The position numbers were made by a program, and so were the translations under genes. The notes under the pieces were generated by a model. That model had not been told where the DNA came from, ran no database searches, and saw only the letters and a list, made by a program, of their open reading frames with translations. From Eledone cirrhosa (Eukaryota), in the NCBI GenBank assembly GCA_964016885.1, contig OZ024757.1, positions 36,332,001 through 36,396,000 of the forward strand: a stretch of DNA of 64,000 nt, in the 5' to 3' direction. This document shows, piece after piece, positions 43,684 to 57,742 of this stretch (positions are counted from its first letter, which is position 1; every line of letters begins with the position of its first letter).

Positions 43684-44595
43684 GTATTTGAGGACAGATT
43701 TATGGTTTTAAAAAATCACTTATTTAATAACAGAAAAAAACTGTATTCTTATAAAAATAACATAAACATAAAGCTAAAGCATCAATAACTACCTCTACAT
43801 GGGGTCAAAATCGCTTACAAGCTCGGATTAAGTGGTCCTTGTTCATATCGCACATGACTCGAACTATGGCGGCTTTCAAAGAATCTTTGGTGCTATGGGT
43901 GTGTTCATTGACATTTTTCTCAATGATGCTCGATACATAGTAGTCCAGTGGATTGAGATCTGGAAATTTTGTGTGCATTACTCTTGGAACTTCAGAAGGG
44001 TCTGCCACCTGTCATTTCTTTTGTTAGCTTTGTGGTTCTGGTCAAAGTTTTCTCATCTGAGAAAAACCAAATCACACCATCTTCTGATGGATTTTTAAGC
44101 TTGTTTAAAAGTCGTTTGGATCTGATTAAGCGCTTTTCTTTTCTTTTTTCTGATATGAATCGACCTCTCCTCATCACATAAGATTTGTATCTGTCTTCAT
44201 ACACAACATTTCTGATTGTTTTTTCTGACACACCAACATTTTTTGCAATAGACCTCATTGATTTTCCTGGATTGTCATCAATGTTTTGCTTAACTTTTTG
44301 AATAAATTCAGGTGTCCTGATAGAATCAGAGTGTTTGGAATATTTTTTACGTTTTGATACAGATAATATGCTTCCATCTACTTTCTCTAACTCACACCGA
44401 ATCTTGTGGACAGAAAACGAGAAATTTCTAAATCCCCATGCTTAGCCTTCAAAGCCACAATTACAGCATGCCTTTTCATTTCATTACTAAGCATAGTTAT
44501 TTTCATTGTTATTTTCTGAAATGGAAGTTCAATAAAAATTAGTCAAATAAAATAATGGCTAAAAATACATGTCCTCAAATACTGCCTGCACCCTG
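43684..44595 (-). mobile_element. Decayed, internally deleted Tc1/mariner element, probably DD37D (maT) type
   Basis: MRSIAKNVGVSEKTIR...RLLNKLK...WFFSDEK and PDLNPLDYYV motifs; TIR gtatttgaggaca at both ends; right end ccctg-TA. Confidence 0.8.
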
Positions 44596-44839
44596 TATAT
44601 ATATAGATATACACACACACACATATATATATATATATAAATATATATATACATACATATATATATATTATTCGAAATATTAACAAATGAAAAATATTCT
44701 TATCAAAATATATACTTTATTATATATATTTCAAAGGTACTGTGTTGTTTTTCAGAATGTCCTCATCAGACAAAATATATGATTTGATATATGACATACC
44801 GTTACGGTCTTGATTATTCAATTCCAGTCGATAAACAGC

Positions 44840-45808
44840 CACTACGAGAGAAGCTAGACGTCAGGTGTACTTAGCACGCAGGGAGGCTGAGAGTAGGATG
44901 TTTGCCAATGTCCTGCGACAGGAAGATCAGAGATGTGCAGTGTTCCGCATTGCAAGGCAGTGTGTCAGTGCAGATCAGGATGTTGTTGGAGATAAATGTG
45001 CCCGGAATGATGCTGGTGTACTTAGTGTAACGAATGATCAGAAAAAGGAGGCCTGGAAATCTCATTATGAGAGGCTGATGAATGTGGAGAACGAATGGGA
45101 GAGAGAAACTACCCCAGTAGACCCGACAGAGCGACCAGTTATTGAGATTTACGAATATAGGGTACAAGAGGCAATTAAGGCAATGAAGAATGGTAAGGCC
45201 GCTGGATCGTCGGGGATAGTTGCTGAGATGCTGAAGGCATCAGGAGAAGTAGGTACTGAACTGGTTGCACGCATCATCAATCAAGCTCTATATGGTGGTG
45301 TCATACCCAAAGACTGGTGCAGCAGTATTCTTATAAATTGCTACAAAAGTAAAGGGGATGCTCTGGAGAGAAGCAATTATAGGGGCATAACACTGATGGA
45401 TCAGGTTATGAAAGTGGCAGAAAGGATATTAGAGCAACTAATTAGAGAAAGGGTCAAACTAGATGAGATGCAGTTTGGTTTTGTGCCTCGGAAAAGTACA
45501 ACAGATGCCCTCTTAGTGAGACAACTACAGGAGAGGTTCTTAGAGAAGAATAAGCCACTATACTTAGCTTTTGTTGACCTAGAGAAGGCCTTTGATAGGG
45601 TACCCCGATCTGTCATCTGGTGGTCCCTAAGGAAACTAGGTGTTGAGGAATGGCTTGTTGAGGACAATGCAAACTTTGTACAGAGGTACTGTCAGTAAAG
45701 TCAGGGAAGGAATGGAGTTTAGTGAGGAATTCCAGATACAAGTAGGAGTACATCGGGGTTCGGTCTTCAGCCCGCTCTTGTTCATTATAGTCCTCCAAGC
45801 CATAACAG
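44840..45808 (+). mobile_element. RTE LINE ORF2 internal fragment
   Basis: ORF 44865..45698 with RT motifs, then a frameshift. Confidence 0.93.
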
Positions 45809-46395
45809 TAGTAGTAATAGCAGAGTTTGTTGGGGCTGCTAAGGGCTAGAAGAACAGTAGTAGTAGTAGTAGTAATGGCAGTTTGTTGGGGCTGGTAATG
45901 GGTGGGGACATGTTGCTAAGGTTGGATTGGTTGAATAGCTATGGTGGTGTGAGGGGGTAGGCGGGAGGGTAATTGTGAGATACGTAGCCATCATGTATAA
46001 CATCACAGGAGATTTGGGTGACATAAGCCAGTACAAGTAGGCATATTAGACAAGACAAATATGCGAGGATTTCAAAGATGTCTCATCTAGCTTCGTAAAC
46101 CTCGAAATGAAATATTTAGGAATCCATTTAGCATTTCAGAAATCAAAAATGAGGTAATGGGTGAGGGATAGGGGATAGGCACAATGTCCAACGTGGTTTC
46201 CTTCGAAAGGTTGAAGTATATACATTGTGAAAGCAAGTGAAATGATAATAGCAGCAATAATAAAGTGAACAGGACATTTGAAATTAGGTAAGAGAAATAA
46301 TGTATGGATGCCTGAAATATAGGTTGGAAATATTTAGTAATCCAGTTAGCCTTTCAGAAATCAGAATTCTGCGTCTGGTTTCGTAAACCTTGAAA

Positions 46396-46437
<42 letters not shown>

Positions 46438-46456
46438 ATATATACACGTGTGTGTG

Positions 46457-46506
<50 letters not shown>

Positions 46507-46597
46507 CTATATATATATATATACACTTGTGTGTATATATATACACTTGTGTGTATATATATACACGTGTGTGTGTATATATATACACGTGTGTGTG

Positions 46598-46666
<69 letters not shown>

Positions 46667-46807
46667 CACTTGTGTGTATATATATACACTTGTGTGTATA
46701 TATATACACTTGTGTGTATATATATACACGTGTGTGTGTATATATATACACGTGTGTGTGTGTATATATATATATACACGTGTGTGTGTGTATATATATA
46801 TTTACAC

Positions 46808-46839
<32 letters not shown>

Positions 46840-49263
46840 CACTCAGTCAAAACGACCAAATTTCAACTCTACAACAACAAGAACAACAACATCACCGGAA
46901 CATCAACATCAAGAGGAACAACAACAACATCAACGACGGCATCAAACGATTAAAAAAACAAAACAAAGCCAAACATCAACTACCATCACCATCACCACTT
47001 GGTCAACGTTCGGGCCTTAAGAAAACAACTATCATAATTGTTTCTACTTTTAGCACAAGGCCAGCAATTACCCCAGTGCATTACTGGTACTTTGTTTTAT
47101 TGACCCCGTAAGGATGACGGGTGGAGTTGGCCTCGGCAGGATTTGAACTCAGAGCGTGAAAGGCCATCTCTATGCTCTAAAGCAACTATAATAATTGTTT
47201 CTACTTTTGGCACAAGGCCAGCAATTACCCAGTACATGTAAAGTTATGTTGGTGCCACAACATCCAGGCCGAAACAAATGAGGTCGTGTAGGTGTCACGA
47301 CAAAAAAACACAGTCCACGCTGTAATGTGGCCGTGTAGGTAACACAGTAAAAACCTCCCAGTCCCACACTGTAAATGTGGTTGGTGTTAGGAAGGGCATC
47401 CAGCTGTAGAAAACCCGCCAGACAGTCCTATGCGAGCAAGACAACCACTCTTGCCTCAAGTGGGAAAACTCCCGTCCAAACCCATGCAAGCGTGGAACAG
47501 GGACGTTAAACGATGATGATGATTACTGGTACTTTATTTTATCGACCCCGTAAGGATGAAAGGCAAAGTTAACCTCGACGGGATTCGAACTCAGACCATA
47601 AAGGGACGTAACTATGCTGGAAAGCATGGTGTCCGACCCTTTACCGATACTGCCAATTCACCTGAACATTAACACACGAACAGCTTCAATTATATGAACT
47701 CTTTCGAAAGTCAACAATTACCACATCTAGTATTAGTAATGACGGTAATATATATATATGTGTGTGTGTAAGTGAGTGCCGTGTGTGTGTTTGTTTGTAT
47801 GCATGAAATAATCGGGCTGGATACCCGATCACGCAGTTAAACCACTGAGAGTGAAGGACCCCTAGCCCTTGTCGGGGCATTCTACTAGAAGAAGGCATCT
47901 CAGGAAACTGGTTTAACTCCGCCATAAAACTTGCGGCTCAGTTACCGATGGTGTTGATCTTTTCTTCTTTTCGAGTTATAGCTACTGTCGCTCAGAGAGT
48001 GGGATTGGCTCAGTGCACAGTCATTTCCTCACTTTAAAAATATTCTTCACGTACAGGCATTGCATGATTGCATTAATTAATAATTATTGGCAGTATTGGT
48101 AGAGGATCGGACTCAATGCTTTGCAGCAAAGAGTTACGACCCTTTATGGTCTGAGTTCAAATCCCGCCGAGGTTAACTTTGCCTTTCATCCTTATGGGGC
48201 CGATAAAATAAAGTACCAGTAATACACTGGGATAATTGCTGGCCTTGTGCTAAAAGTAGATACAATTATTATTATTACTTTTTTTTTGGAACAAAAGAGA
48301 TAATTGGCAATAAGGGCAGGGGCCCCAGGGTATCACAGCCTGGGCCTGCTCGTCATCGTCCCACTGTAACAGAGCCAAACAGGGCATTTAATATTGGCTG
48401 CTGGAACACTATTTCTTACCCAGTTCATCATATAAACACATACTTTTTACCGATATATACATTTTTTCTCCCTCATGTTTATCTACTTATTTCATTTGAT
48501 TTATACTACCCCCGCCCCCTTTCTACCATACTTTTAACACATACACACCCACCACCTTCATCCTGTACTCTTACCTTTACCCAGATCACTTTATAACCAT
48601 ATACTCTTATCCAGATCTCTTCACAAACACTTACTTTCCACCACTTTTCTCCCTCACCTGTTCATCTTAATTTATTATATTACCTGATTTCAGTTATACT
48701 CCCCCATGTCCTTACTTACCCACAGTGGTTTTAAGTGTACTCACATATGGTCGTATGTGGGCACATCTGCAGGGAGGCATATGTGCCCACATACACATAT
48801 ATGTATATATATATATACATGTATGTGTGTATATCTTATATATGTATGTATTTATTTATATATATATATATATATGCGTGTGTGTATATGTATGTATGTA
48901 TATATATATATGTGTGTGTGTATATGTATATATATATATATATGTGTGTGTGTATGTGTATATATGTATGTATATATATGTGTGTATATGTATGTATGTA
49001 TGTATGTATGTATATATATGTGTGTATATGTATATATATATAATTATAATATTAATTGTTTATCTATAATTATAATTTTTTTGCGCGTGGATCTGTGAGT
49101 ATATCTTTTCAATTCTTGCTAGCCCCGTTTGTATATATATGCTTACCCTTTATATACACCTACCTGCGAGTGTGTGTGTATATAGTTTGTCTGCCTATAT
49201 GTACATACATACACACACGCATGTGTACATGTGTGTTTACACATGTGTATATATGTGTATGTG

Positions 49264-49323
<60 letters not shown>

Positions 49324-49569
49324 TAATTGTTTCTACTTTAGGCACAAGGCCAGCAATTAATCAGTACATTACTGGTACTTTATTTTATCGACCCCGTAAG
49401 GATGAAAGGCAAAGTTAACCTCGGCGAGATTTGAACTCAGGTCGTAAAGAGACGTAACTCTATGCCTCAAAGCATGGTGTCTGACTCTCTACCGATACTG
49501 CCAATCCACCACCTATATATATATATATTAATAATATTTCTGAATCAGCGAGCAAGTTTGAAATTATTA

Positions 49570-49785
49570 TAAATATAAGCTATCGCTGTATTTTGACTAA
49601 AGAAATTAAAGAAATAATTTAGCCTGATAGTGGGGTTAAGAACCCTCGGAGAAATGGAAGAAAGATGAGTATGTATGTCAATACTCATCTTTTTTCCATT
49701 TCTCTGAGGGTTCTTAACCCCACTATCAGGCTAAATTATTTCTTTAATTTCTTTAGTCAAAATACGGTGATAGCTTACATTTACA
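49570..49785. repeat. Near-perfect palindrome with ~100-bp arms
   Basis: taagctatc...agatgagtat gtatgtca atactcatct...gatagctta. Confidence 0.93.
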
Positions 49786-49919
49786 CACATATATATATAT
49801 ATATGTTATGTAATAAACAACATAAGATAATTATTTCATTTACCAGTGGTTTCTTGAATGCAGATGTGGATTAAATATGGATTTCAAATCCATGTTTAAT
49901 AAAAACACCATGTTATTTA

Positions 49920-49980
49920 TTCATTCTGACGACTGAAGACAGACATAACATCTGCCTTCAAGAATCCACTGGTAAATGAA
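49920..49980 (+). ncRNA. Type I hammerhead motif (GAAU variant), with an inverted copy of its 3' half at 49805-49867
   Basis: ttcatt-CTGACGA-ctgaagacaga cataaca tctgccttcaa-GAAT cc act gg TA-aatgaa; the inverted arm retains GAAA. Confidence 0.7.
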
Positions 49981-50086
49981 ATAATTATTTTATGTTGTTT
50001 ATTACATAACTAATAAGCTCTGTAGTCTACATAGAGCACTCTTTTTTCCTGTACTTTTCCAACGGAAATACTTCATTCACACACAC

Positions 50087-50119
<33 letters not shown>

Positions 50120-50142
50120 CACATACACTATATATATATATA

Positions 50143-51990
50143 TCATCATCATCATCATCATTTTACGTCCGCTCTTCCTTGCTTGCAAGGGTGGGACGGG
50201 TCTTATTCAGCACAGCATCTCTCCACTTGTCACGGTCCTTCGTAATCTCCACCATGAGCTTCAACGATCTAAGGTCTGTTCTCACCACCTCCACCCATGT
50301 TTTTTGTGGTCTACCTCTACCATGTCTTCCTTCAACTGGCATTTCCTGGCACTTCTTCACCCATCGGTCATCCTCCATGTGCATCACATGTCCATACCAC
50401 CTCAGTTTCCTCTCCTGTACACTACATTCTATCCCTCTCAGACACAGTTTCTCGCTCAACACATTCATGCTGGGTCGTTCACGCACATTGACATTGCACA
50501 TCCAATGGAGCAGGCTTACCTCATTTCTCTCCAGCCGTCGCATATCCTCTGCAGTTGCTGCCCATGTCTCACTACCATGCAGCATCGCGCTCCTCACAGA
50601 GGCATCATATAACCGTCCTTTCGTTCACAGGGAGAAACCCTTCTTCATCAGCAGAGGAAGCAGCTCCCTAAAATTCTTCCAACCCATCCTTATTCTAGAT
50701 ACTATGGCCTCGGAACACCCCCCTCCCATGCTAATCTGATCTCCTAGGTACCGGAAGCTATCCACCACTTCTACAGCACCCTCCTGCATTTGAAAAATGT
50801 GTCTATCAATGCGACTTCTACTGTCTAATTTCCCTGTACATCTACTAAATACATATTTGTTCCTACCTGTTAGTTTGTCTGCTATCCCGCTACATCTCTT
50901 GTGTACCCAGGATCTGCATTGTGTGCATTTTATAGAATTTATGCCAGTTCCTTTTCTGCATATCGAACATTGCCATTTCCCTGACGGAATCAGAGTTTTG
51001 TCTTCTTTTCTACTCAACACTTTTGTGTTAGCTAGGTTCACTCTCAGTCCTCTTGCTTCCAACTGCTGTTTTTCATAGTCAGAATTTATTCTCTAGCTCC
51101 TCTACTGATTCTGCTATAAAAACCAGATTGTCAGTATAGAGAAGTTCCCATGGGCAGCTAGTCTTAAACTCCTCTGTTATGGCTTAGAGGACTATAATGA
51201 ACAAGAGCAGGCTGAGGACTGAACCTTGATGTACTCCTACTTGTATCTGGAATTCCTCACTAAACTCCATTCCTACCCTGACTTTACTGAGAGTACCTCT
51301 GTGCATAGCTTGCACTGTCCTCACAAGCCATTCCTCAACACCTAGTTTCCTTAGGGACCACCAGATGACAGATCGGGGTACCCTATCAAAGGCCTTCTCT
51401 AGGTCAACAAAGGCTAAGTATAGTGGTTTATTTTTCTCTAAGAACCTCTCTTGCAATTGTCTCACCAAGAAGAGGGCATCTGTTGTACTCTTCCCAGGCA
51501 CAAAACCAAACTGCATCTCATCTAGTTTGACCCTTTCTCTAATTAGTTGTGCTAATATCCTTTCTGCCACTTTCATAACCTGATCCATTAGTTTTATACC
51601 CCTATAATTGCTCCTCTCCAGAGCATCCCCATTACCTTTATAGCAATTTATGAAAATACTGCTGCACCAGTCTTTGGGTATGACACCACCATATATAGCC
51701 TGATTGATGATGCGTGCAACCAGTTTAGTGCCTACGTCCGCTGATGCCTTCAGCATCTCAGCAACTATCCCCGACGGTCCAGCAGCCTTACCATTTTTCA
51801 TTTCCTTAATCGCCTCTTGGACCCTATATTCGTCAATCTCAATAGCTGGACCCTCAGTCGGATCTACTAAGGGTAATTTCTCTCTCTCCCTTCGTTCTCT
51901 ACATACATTAGTCTCTCATAATGACATTTCCAGGCCTCCTTTTTCTGATCATTCGTGACACTAAGTACACCGGCATCATTCCGGACACAT
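50143..51990 (-). mobile_element. 5'-truncated RTE LINE, RT domain to 3' tail
   Basis: ORFs 51184..51801, 50625..51062 and 50163..50597 are consecutive RTE ORF2 segments. Confidence 0.95.
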
Positions 51991-51993
51991 ATA

Positions 51994-52026
<33 letters not shown>

Positions 52027-52108
52027 TTATATATATGTATAGGCTTGTGTGGGTATGTCTGCATGTATGTATATATATATATGTATAGGGTTGTGTGGGT
52101 ACGTCTGC

Positions 52109-52146
<38 letters not shown>

Positions 52147-52638
52147 GTATAGGCTTGTGTGGGTATGTCTGCATGTATATATATATATATATATGTATAG
52201 GCTTGTGTGGCTATGTCTGCGTGTATATGTATGTATGTATGTATGTATACATTTATTTATATATGTGTGTGTGTTTGTATATATATACATATTGTGTGTA
52301 TGTGTCTGTTTTTATACGTTGTTTGTATTTATATTTTATTATCCCCCCCTCCCCACCTTTCGTTATCAACACGTCCCTTTATGGCTTTATTTTTATTTTC
52401 TTATATATTTTTTGATTTTTTTGATCTTATTTATTTTTATCTGTCTCCGAAAGTGTAACAACATTGTCAGAATGTATACGTTTACGTACTATTATGTATA
52501 AGCATGTGTTTGAGAGTGTGTATGTTTATGTTCTGGATATTTATTTATATATTTTTTTGCCCATTATTTTATTTCAGCCTCACTTTCATTTATCCTAAAC
52601 TTTGTTTTCAAATCAATATTTAATAAGCATTCCATATT

Positions 52639-52700
52639 ATTCTTTCTGACGACTGAAGACAGATATAAATATGTCTTCAAGAAACCACTGGTAAATGAAT
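52639..52700 (+). ncRNA. Type I hammerhead motif, same family as 49920, intact core
   Basis: attcttt-CTGACGA-ctgaagaca gatataaata tgtcttcaa-GAAA cc act gg TA-aatgaat; one stem I mismatch. Confidence 0.75.
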
Positions 52701-52725
52701 TAATTATCTTATGTTGTTTATTACA

Positions 52726-52774
<49 letters not shown>

Positions 52775-52789
52775 ACATATGTGTATATA

Positions 52790-53834
52790 TCAGTATATAT
52801 ATATAAAATTCTTTGTCTCTCTGTCTATCTGTCTGTTCCTATGTATTCTCAAAAGGCTGGACCAAAACCAAATTTTACAAGGTTAGACTCTGGGAGTGTC
52901 AATGTAATTTTATTTTCATTTGGATTAAAATAATGACATTTTATCTAAAATAATCATTCTATAGTGAACTATAGTAAACCACCATCACAGTGACATCACA
53001 TTTTGTATATGAGTGTGTATGTGTCTGTGAGTGTGTGTGTGTTTATGAGTTCCTTACGTACATTAGCCCTCAGAGAATTAAACACACACACACATCTACA
53101 CATACATATACACATTATCTTCACACACCTACATAAGTAATGGGTGCGCATGAATGTATGTCTGTGTGTGTCATAGTATATGTATGAGTGTATGTGTGAT
53201 AATTTTTATTTTAACATTAGGCCTCAGAATTAAACACACACACATCTACATATACAGATACATATGTGATGACAGGCTGGTGTGTTTGAATGTATGTCTG
53301 TGTGTGTCTGTCTTAGTATATGTATGAGTGTATGTGAGAATGTATGCGTGTGTGAGTGTATGTGTGATCATTTTTATTTTCATTTGGATTAAAGCACGTC
53401 ACATTTTATATATGAATATGTCTGTGTATGTGTGTGTGTGCGTGTTCATTAGGTACGTTATTAAATACACACACACATCTACACACATAGCAACTGACCA
53501 AAAATGAGGTGAAAAGCTATGCCTGTGTCTGCATGAATGTATGTCTGTGTGTCTGTCTTAGTATATGTATATGAGAGTGTGTGAGTGTGTAGCAACAATT
53601 TATTCATTTGGACACCAACAAAAAATTACACAATGAATATTGTTTACCCTAAGGTGCTTAAAGATTGACAGATTTTTATTTCTAAATTCTATTATTACAA
53701 TTTTGATATTTCTAAAATAAAATATAGATATTTTGAAATAATTATGAGAAAAATAAAACATATCTTCATATTTATAGTTTACTAATCTGAATAAGAACAG
53801 TAGTAACTCGGGCAACACCAGGTAATTCAGCTAG
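52790..53834 (+). mobile_element. Non-autonomous Helitron with internal tandem repeats
   Basis: 5' TC...atataaaa, tgtct microsatellite, 3' ctcgggcaacaccagg hairpin then CTAG-T; ends resemble 29156-29702. Confidence 0.68.
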
Positions 53835-56800
53835 TATGTATATATATATATGTCTGTGTATATATTGGAATCTAGCAACTTGTGTTTCTCTAATTATTAG
53901 GTATGGTGTCGCAAGAGCTTGTAGTATAACACTAAACTACGACTGTTATGTTTAATCTGGTTGTTGCTTCAATGTCCCACTAGAATGGTGGCTGCAGTTG
54001 ATAATGTTGAAAAAATACCACACAGTATTGTTGAAATAACAACTGCTGTATTCTTATGCTTAACTACTTGAAACCCGTTCTATGGTATTAAAGTGTTTGT
54101 ATTTATCTAAAAAGGTGGCAAATTTTCAGACTTGTTTGAACGTCAGATAGAATGCTATGTTGTATTCGTTTCGGCTCTCTGACTTCAAATCCCACTGATG
54201 TCAAATTTGCTTTTCCTCCATCCGAGGTTCAAACCGGCCAGAATTCTCTACCTCTTTCTGTTGAAACTGGCTGTAACTGGTCGTTCAAATTGATGTTAAG
54301 GTATTGTTCTCAAAATAAATACTTTCAAAATATCATAGATTCGATATTATATGAGGTAAAGTCTTTACCATGAAAATACAATAGCATATATAGAGTAATG
54401 TGAATGCTAAAGGGTTAATATAAATGTACCAATCTAGTACTGGGGTTGATTCTTCCTCTATATCTCTTTCTCACTTCCATTCTCCCACTCTTTATCCTTC
54501 TCTGGAAGAAATCTGCTGTATTTCACCTGAAGAGGAGATGGACTCCACTAGGTTTAGAAATGTCAAGATGCCGCTCCTATGACACCCTCAGGAATTACAG
54601 GACAATGCATGCATTTATGTAAAAGCCTCCCATCATAATTTTATATAAGAAGCTTTATTATGTTCCAAACATTTATCACTTGAAACCTTTTTATGTTACA
54701 AAACTGTTTGTTTTAAATTGTTTGTATTTATCTAATAACCTTCCACCATCATTTTATTAAGGAACTTTTGTTAAGTTATGTTCGGAACACTAACTTAACC
54801 CTTTTAACATCAAACTACTTGAAACATGTTCTTTGGTACAAAACTATGTTTTAAAGTGTTTATATTTATCTAAAAACCTTCCATCATAATTTCATTCAGC
54901 TTAATAATGAGAAAGTTAAACTACTGAGTCCGCCCAAATTTTTTATTATTTTCTAACTCATTTGACAATCATCTCTTCTTCGTGTCTTGAGTTATCCCTC
55001 CATTGAAGCTGAAGCATTCATTTTGCATTTTCTAATGGCTAGAATATATGTGGCTTGCCACACCTGCATACTTATAGATTTTTTCAATAACTTGAGCAAT
55101 TGTGCCAACCCATTGTCAAATTAATAGTTGATCATCTGAGAAGCTAATAGGGTTTACAACGTCAAAGTCATCTAATTAAACTGATGGTCACTGCATGAAC
55201 TACTGCTTACTATGAGACAAGCAGGGTTTTATCAAAGCTTGCTCCTTTGGATACATATAGAGGCACCTTGTGTAGGATGTAAATCTTCACAATCATAAGC
55301 ATTATTTTTCATTAGAAATATGGTAAACGAAAGGGCTAAAGTGTTTTTATATTTATCTAAAAACCTTCCAGCATAATTTTATGTGAAAAACTTTAAGTTA
55401 TGCCCCTCACCACAACATGATAATGGTTCCTGATTTAGAAAATTATATTACTAAACACCTCCAAAATTATATTACTAAACACCTCCAAAATTATGATTAT
55501 TTTCAAAATTAATTGAAAATAATATGAAATGGTTTAGAGCGATGAATATTTTGTAAAATTGTAGAAATCTCAAACATGGAAATAGCTGTAAAACAGCCAG
55601 CTGCTATGATGATCATAGCAAAGGGTTGGGTTAAACAAAACCTCTTATGAATGGAAGAGTGGTCAAAGAAGGAGGAGAAAGAGGAAGAGAAAACTAAATG
55701 AATAGAGCATATAGCATATGTTGAGAGATGGGTGAGAGAGAGAAGGAAAGAAGGAATGAGTGATGGAGCATATATGTTGACATGGAAAATTAAGAATGGG
55801 ATAACAGTGGAGAAAGTAAAGTTGAACTCTAGTGTCGGAACCTCATCAGCTTCCTTCTAGCCTCATGATTTCGGATGGAAGTTGAAAATAATATGTGAGT
55901 GTGTTTAGTTAGAAAATACAGTAAGGAAAGGTTACCTTAGAGTATTGTAATTTTGCAGTGTTAAACACAAAACTTTCTATGGATTGTGCATGTATCTTAA
56001 ACAGTGTTAATTCCTAGTTGGTCAGAATTCTCGTCAAACTATTCAAATTTTCTCTTTCTACAGGCCTCTGCCCCACTCTATGGAAACATGCTACAGTGTT
56101 TCCCTATTCCACAGAAGACTAACCTCCTCTCTGATCTTGTCAACTACTCACCTATTGCTCTTGTCTCCAACATCTCAAAGGTAATCAAAGCACCACCACT
56201 ACTTCCACCAGAACCTTTCACTCTCTCTCTTCAGTGACTACCAGGATGCTTTCAGTAGAGCCAGATCTACCCGCCTCACAGGACTTACGCACCTCTGTCA
56301 TACATATGCTAATGGTATCTTGCCTTTACACAAGAACCTCTTAAATAAGATGTCTGTCTTTAGCTTTAGCATCCATTGATCTCTTGGGATTAAAAGCTTT
56401 TTTGTTACTTTTTGCCAACATTGCAGCAGCTGCAACTCTTCTTCTGTATAAATCAAGAATGTCTGTTTAGCACCTCTGGCTCTTCTACATTATCAATTCC
56501 ATATATATATATGTACTTCGATTTTGTATTTGTTTTGCAAGATTTATTATCTGAAAATGTATGTTGAAACAGATATTGTTATATTTTGGGCAGTGGATTG
56601 GCAGTATCAATAGAGGGTCTGACGCCATGCTTTGCAGCATAGAGTTACGGCCTTTTATGATCTGAGTTCAAATCCCGCTGAGGTTAACTTTGCCTTTCAT
56701 CCTTACGGGGTCGATAAAATAAAGTACCAGTAATGCACTGGGTAATTGCTGGCTTTGTGCCTAAAGTAGAAACAATTATTACTATATGTATGTATGTGTG

Positions 56801-57594
56801 TGTGTGTACACATATACATTATATATATATATATATATATTAGTTTTGCGAGGTTTTTGATATGAAATTGTGTGTCGAAACAAATATTGTTATACTTGGG
56901 GTGGGTCATATTTGTGTAATAATATTGCCAGAATTAATAACAGAACACACTCAAATAAATAAATAAATAAACGGGAGGAAACATAATAGCACCACTGACG
57001 ATGTTGCAGATGTGCAACGAAAGAACTTTGATAGACTATATATATGTGATTGTGTCTATATTGTATCTGTATTTTTGACCGTTGGTCAGTCAATGGTAAA
57101 CATTGAGGACTGAATAAATTAAATTAACCGATATAAAAGACACAGAAGCGAAAACCAACCAAACAGTGAGTGTGTTCTGTTATTAATTCTGGCAATATTA
57201 TTACACAAATATGACCCTCCCCATATATATATATATATATGCTACAGAGTATATTATAGAGATGATTTTGAAGTAAATTTAATGTAGATATAACTGTTTT
57301 TGAATTTGAAGCCTTAGCTGTGAAAAGAATGAAATGTGAAGTATAAACCCATTTAACCATATACAGAGAAATGAGATTATCCTGATGCATTTTTCACAAC
57401 TACTTCTATGATTTTAGTCCACATTTGTGATGCTGTTACAGCTGCATACAAACATCTTGGACTTTGTTGAAATGAAAAATATGTGGTTCTTCGACCAGAG
57501 CTTATCCCAATACATGACAATTCTTGGCTCAGTGCTTTCTACCTTTTGACTCTTTTTATCATTGCTATGTTGGCCTTTTTCTCTTCTGGAGCAT

Positions 57595-57742
57595 ACACAG
57601 AGTAACCAAACACACCTCTCTGACTTCTGAACTTGCTGCATACTGCCACTACCCAGAGTAACCAAACACACCTGTCTCTCTTCTGAACTTGCTGCATACT
57701 GCCACTACCCAGGGTAACCAAACACGCCAACCTGTCTCTCTT
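57595..57742. repeat. ~56-bp tandem repeat, about 2.5 copies
   Basis: cagagtaaccaaacacacc...ttctgaacttgctgcatactgccactacc repeated. Confidence 0.8.

Noticed and set aside
56063-56180. Apparent exon with ctacag acceptor and aag/gtaatc donor
   Set aside because: Translates as NYSPIALVSNISKV, a decayed LINE RT motif; 118 nt would break the annexin frame.
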